Assembly: GCA_964016885.1 (NCBI GenBank)
Contig: CAXHJY010000229.1
Location: 1 to 12,997, forward strand
Source: Eledone cirrhosa
Lineage: Eukaryota
Length of the DNA: 12,997 nucleotides
Direction: 5' to 3'
This document shows positions 10,630 to 12,997 of this stretch, in pieces. Positions within the stretch are counted from its first letter, which is position 1. Every line of letters starts with the position of its first letter. Under the pieces are notes generated by a model, which searched no databases, was not told the origin of the DNA, and saw only the letters and a list, made by a program, of their open reading frames with translations. Made by a program: the position numbers and the translations under genes.

Positions 10630-10721
10630 ATAGATTGAGGGGACGGGCGCCCGTCCCCTCAATCTATCTTATTTCTCATTCTTCCTTGATATAACAGGAA
10701 GACCCTCTTCCTGCTATATCA
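10630..10721. other. 38-bp perfect GC-rich palindrome followed by a 16-bp stem-loop
   Basis: ATAGATTGAGGGGACGGGC|GCCCGTCCCCTCAATCTAT (10630-10667, no loop). TGATATAACAGGAAGA-CCC-TCTTCCTGCTATATCA (10687-10721, one mismatch). Confidence 0.9.
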
Positions 10722-10751
10722 TATATATATATATACATATACATATATTAT

Positions 10752-10793
<42 letters not shown>

Positions 10794-10971
10794 GGTACTT
10801 GCAGTAATATATCTATGTATCTTGTTTTTACGAAGATATGTGGAGTATAACTTAACAAAGGTTGTTTAATTGATATAGCTCTCTCTCTCTCGCATCAGCA
10901 AACATTTCAAACACTTTTCCATGCAACCTAATCTTTCGCCACTTTCCATTTAATACAATCTCATAAGGTTT

Positions 10972-11048
10972 TTACGGGTCGATAAAATAAAGTACCAGTA
11001 ATGCACTGGGTATTTGCTGGTCTTGTGCCTAAAGTAGAAACAGTTATA
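10972..11048 (+). mobile_element. SINE family 1, 3' fragment in the opposite orientation
   Basis: TTACGGGTCGATAAAATAAAGTACCAGTAATGCACTGGG...TTGTGCCTAAAGTAGAAAC is the reverse complement of the shared SINE tail. Confidence 0.88.
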
Positions 11049-11404
11049 TAAAATTATGATAAATACAAACCCTTTGTAATAAACAGATCTGTACAATGGC
11101 GACAAACGTGTTAAAGGCGATAACTTCTTTCAATAAATTTTCCAGACTTTCTTAAGGAATCCCTATTCTTTCTTGCGACACTGCCGTGTAGGTTTCAATT
11201 GCAAAAAATGGCCCACAGTATCTGTTTTAAGTGAAACAACAGATTTTCTTTCGTTGCGTCCCCACTTTTACTATGACAACAAGGATAACGTTCACCCTTA
11301 CGATCAACGGTTTCCCCTCTTCCGTTCCCTGGGCTAAACACATATACATTTCAATCTTGTCTATCTTTTGTTTATTTACCATCAACTACCAATATCTCTG
11401 ACTT

Positions 11405-11445
<41 letters not shown>

Positions 11446-11447
<2 letters not shown>

Positions 11448-11464
11448 AGTGGTGAACCAACAAA

Positions 11465-11503
<39 letters not shown>

Positions 11504-11522
11504 AGTGGTGAACCAACAAACC

Positions 11523-11592
<70 letters not shown>

Positions 11593-11629
11593 ATATATAT
11601 ATCCAGTGGTGAACCAACAAACCTATATA

Positions 11630-11660
<31 letters not shown>

Positions 11661-11678
11661 CCAGTGGTGAACAACAAA

Positions 11679-11710
<32 letters not shown>
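11446..11710. repeat. Four copies of 21-bp CCAGTGGTGAACCAACAAACC separated by variable-length (TA)n
   Basis: Copies at 11446, 11502, 11603 and 11661 (the last lacks one C). Intervening DNA is essentially only TA repeats. Confidence 0.95.
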
Positions 11711-11711
<1 letters not shown>

Positions 11712-12054
11712 GTACAACACACATATATTTAGCTCTCTTGCGATCACATTTGTTCCCCGGGAACGGTGACGGCGGCGTTGTTGTTCCCACCCGGCCGCAC
11801 GGTTTTCTTTTTCATTTCTGGACACTTAACTTAGTCTGCCCTAGGCTTACTACTCACACTTTTCAACAAATGGGTTCTGGAGACAAACCATCTGATTAAT
11901 GGTGTGTGTGTGTATGTGTGTGTGTGTATAAGTTGACGGGACTAGCATAAGTTACCATGCTAGTATCGGTTGTATCTCAGCGTACTCAATAGATAAGATT
12001 ATAAAAATTCCCAGAGTAGACAGAAAGTAGACGTAAATGGGTACCAAAAATCTC

Positions 12055-12169
12055 TACCCGTACTCAAGTTTCGGCCACACTTAACGCAGCAAGAGAGCGT
12101 ACAGCACCCTTTGTCTGCAATTATCGTGCAACAATGCACAATCGGTGCATGTGGCCTCATCAGCGGGTA
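12055..12169 (-). ncRNA. Intact-looking type I hammerhead ribozyme with enlarged helix II loop
   Basis: Minus strand reads TACCCG-CTGATGA-GGCCACA-[70 nt]-TGTGGCC-GAAAC-TTGA-GTA-CGGGTA. Perfect 6-bp helix I, perfect 7-bp helix II starting G-C, full core and GUA triplet. Predicted cut between 12061 and 12060. Confidence 0.85.
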
Positions 12170-12281
12170 TCACCTAATCAATATGCAATTTAACGACATA
12201 ATTCGATTCCAGTCCGTGCAGCCTATGGCAGTAAATGCGACAGGCGACAAAGTAGTACAGTTGTAACTGAAATCCCTACGC

Positions 12282-12567
<286 letters not shown>

Positions 12568-12911
12568 AAGACCAATATATATATGGCCATATATACTGTG
12601 CTGACGCCATATATATATATATAGCTTTGTTGAAGATATATGTTTTTTGAAAAAATATTTTTCGCGTCACTTTCTAGCACTCCTGACCAACTTGAATGTA
12701 ACCTGATCTCACCGCTGGCCTCTGTCTATGACGGGGTGGTAGTAGTACACTATAAGCCTACGCCCCTTCACCACAAGGACATAAAAAGACTTAGCAATCA
12801 TCACTCGAGGACGGTTGACCGGGCTAGAAGCTGCTAAATGTTCGGCCGCCCTCCTGTCTCTGCTTTTCAGCCTCATGGATTTTGTCTATTATATTCCTTT
12901 GTTTATTTCGA

Positions 12912-12969
12912 ATACCTGATGATGTCACCGGATTCATACTGGACCCGGTCACTGAAATGTTCATAGTAT
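12912..12969 (+). ncRNA. Type I hammerhead-ribozyme-like motif with intact core
   Basis: ATAC-CTGATGA(12916-12922)-TGTCACCGGATTCA-TAC-TGGACCCGGTCACT-GAAA(12954-12957)-TGTTCA-TA-GTAT-AATAAA. Distal pairing GTTTATT/AATAAAC and TTCCTT/AAGGAA extends helix I. Confidence 0.72.
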
Positions 12970-12997
12970 AATAAACCTTTTAAACCTTTTAAGGAAC

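Noticed and set aside
11446-11680. CRISPR-like repeat-spacer pattern
   Set aside because: Spacers are pure TA microsatellite of unequal length.
11727-11899. CpG-rich patch with short ORFs ([12 protein letters not shown]...)
   Set aside because: No recognisable domain or convincing splice structure, and the ORFs run into TA repeats. Left unassigned.

Overview
Non-coding, repeat-saturated eukaryotic genomic DNA. The SINE and LINE remnants resemble those of octopod cephalopods; this is inferred from memory of such repeats, not from a database search. No host protein-coding gene can be supported: the long ORFs in the track are read-throughs of (TA)n/(GT)n microsatellites. The unique islands between microsatellites are retroelement debris: four copies of one tRNA-derived SINE family, one tRNA-Arg/CORE-like SINE, a CR1/L2-like LINE 3' end, an RTE LINE 3' end, a bipartite RTE-like non-autonomous element, and several minisatellites. 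The most notable signal is eight type I hammerhead-ribozyme-like motifs (CTGANGA...GAAA...UH, with short, often near-palindromic helix III) from about five unrelated sequence families in 13 kb. Five of the eight lie in three fold-back elements sharing one design: inverted arms plus a one-sided 80-90 nt tail, embedded in (TA)n. This design resembles non-autonomous Penelope-like/retrozyme-type retroelements. Ribozyme activity and element classification are inferred and untested.
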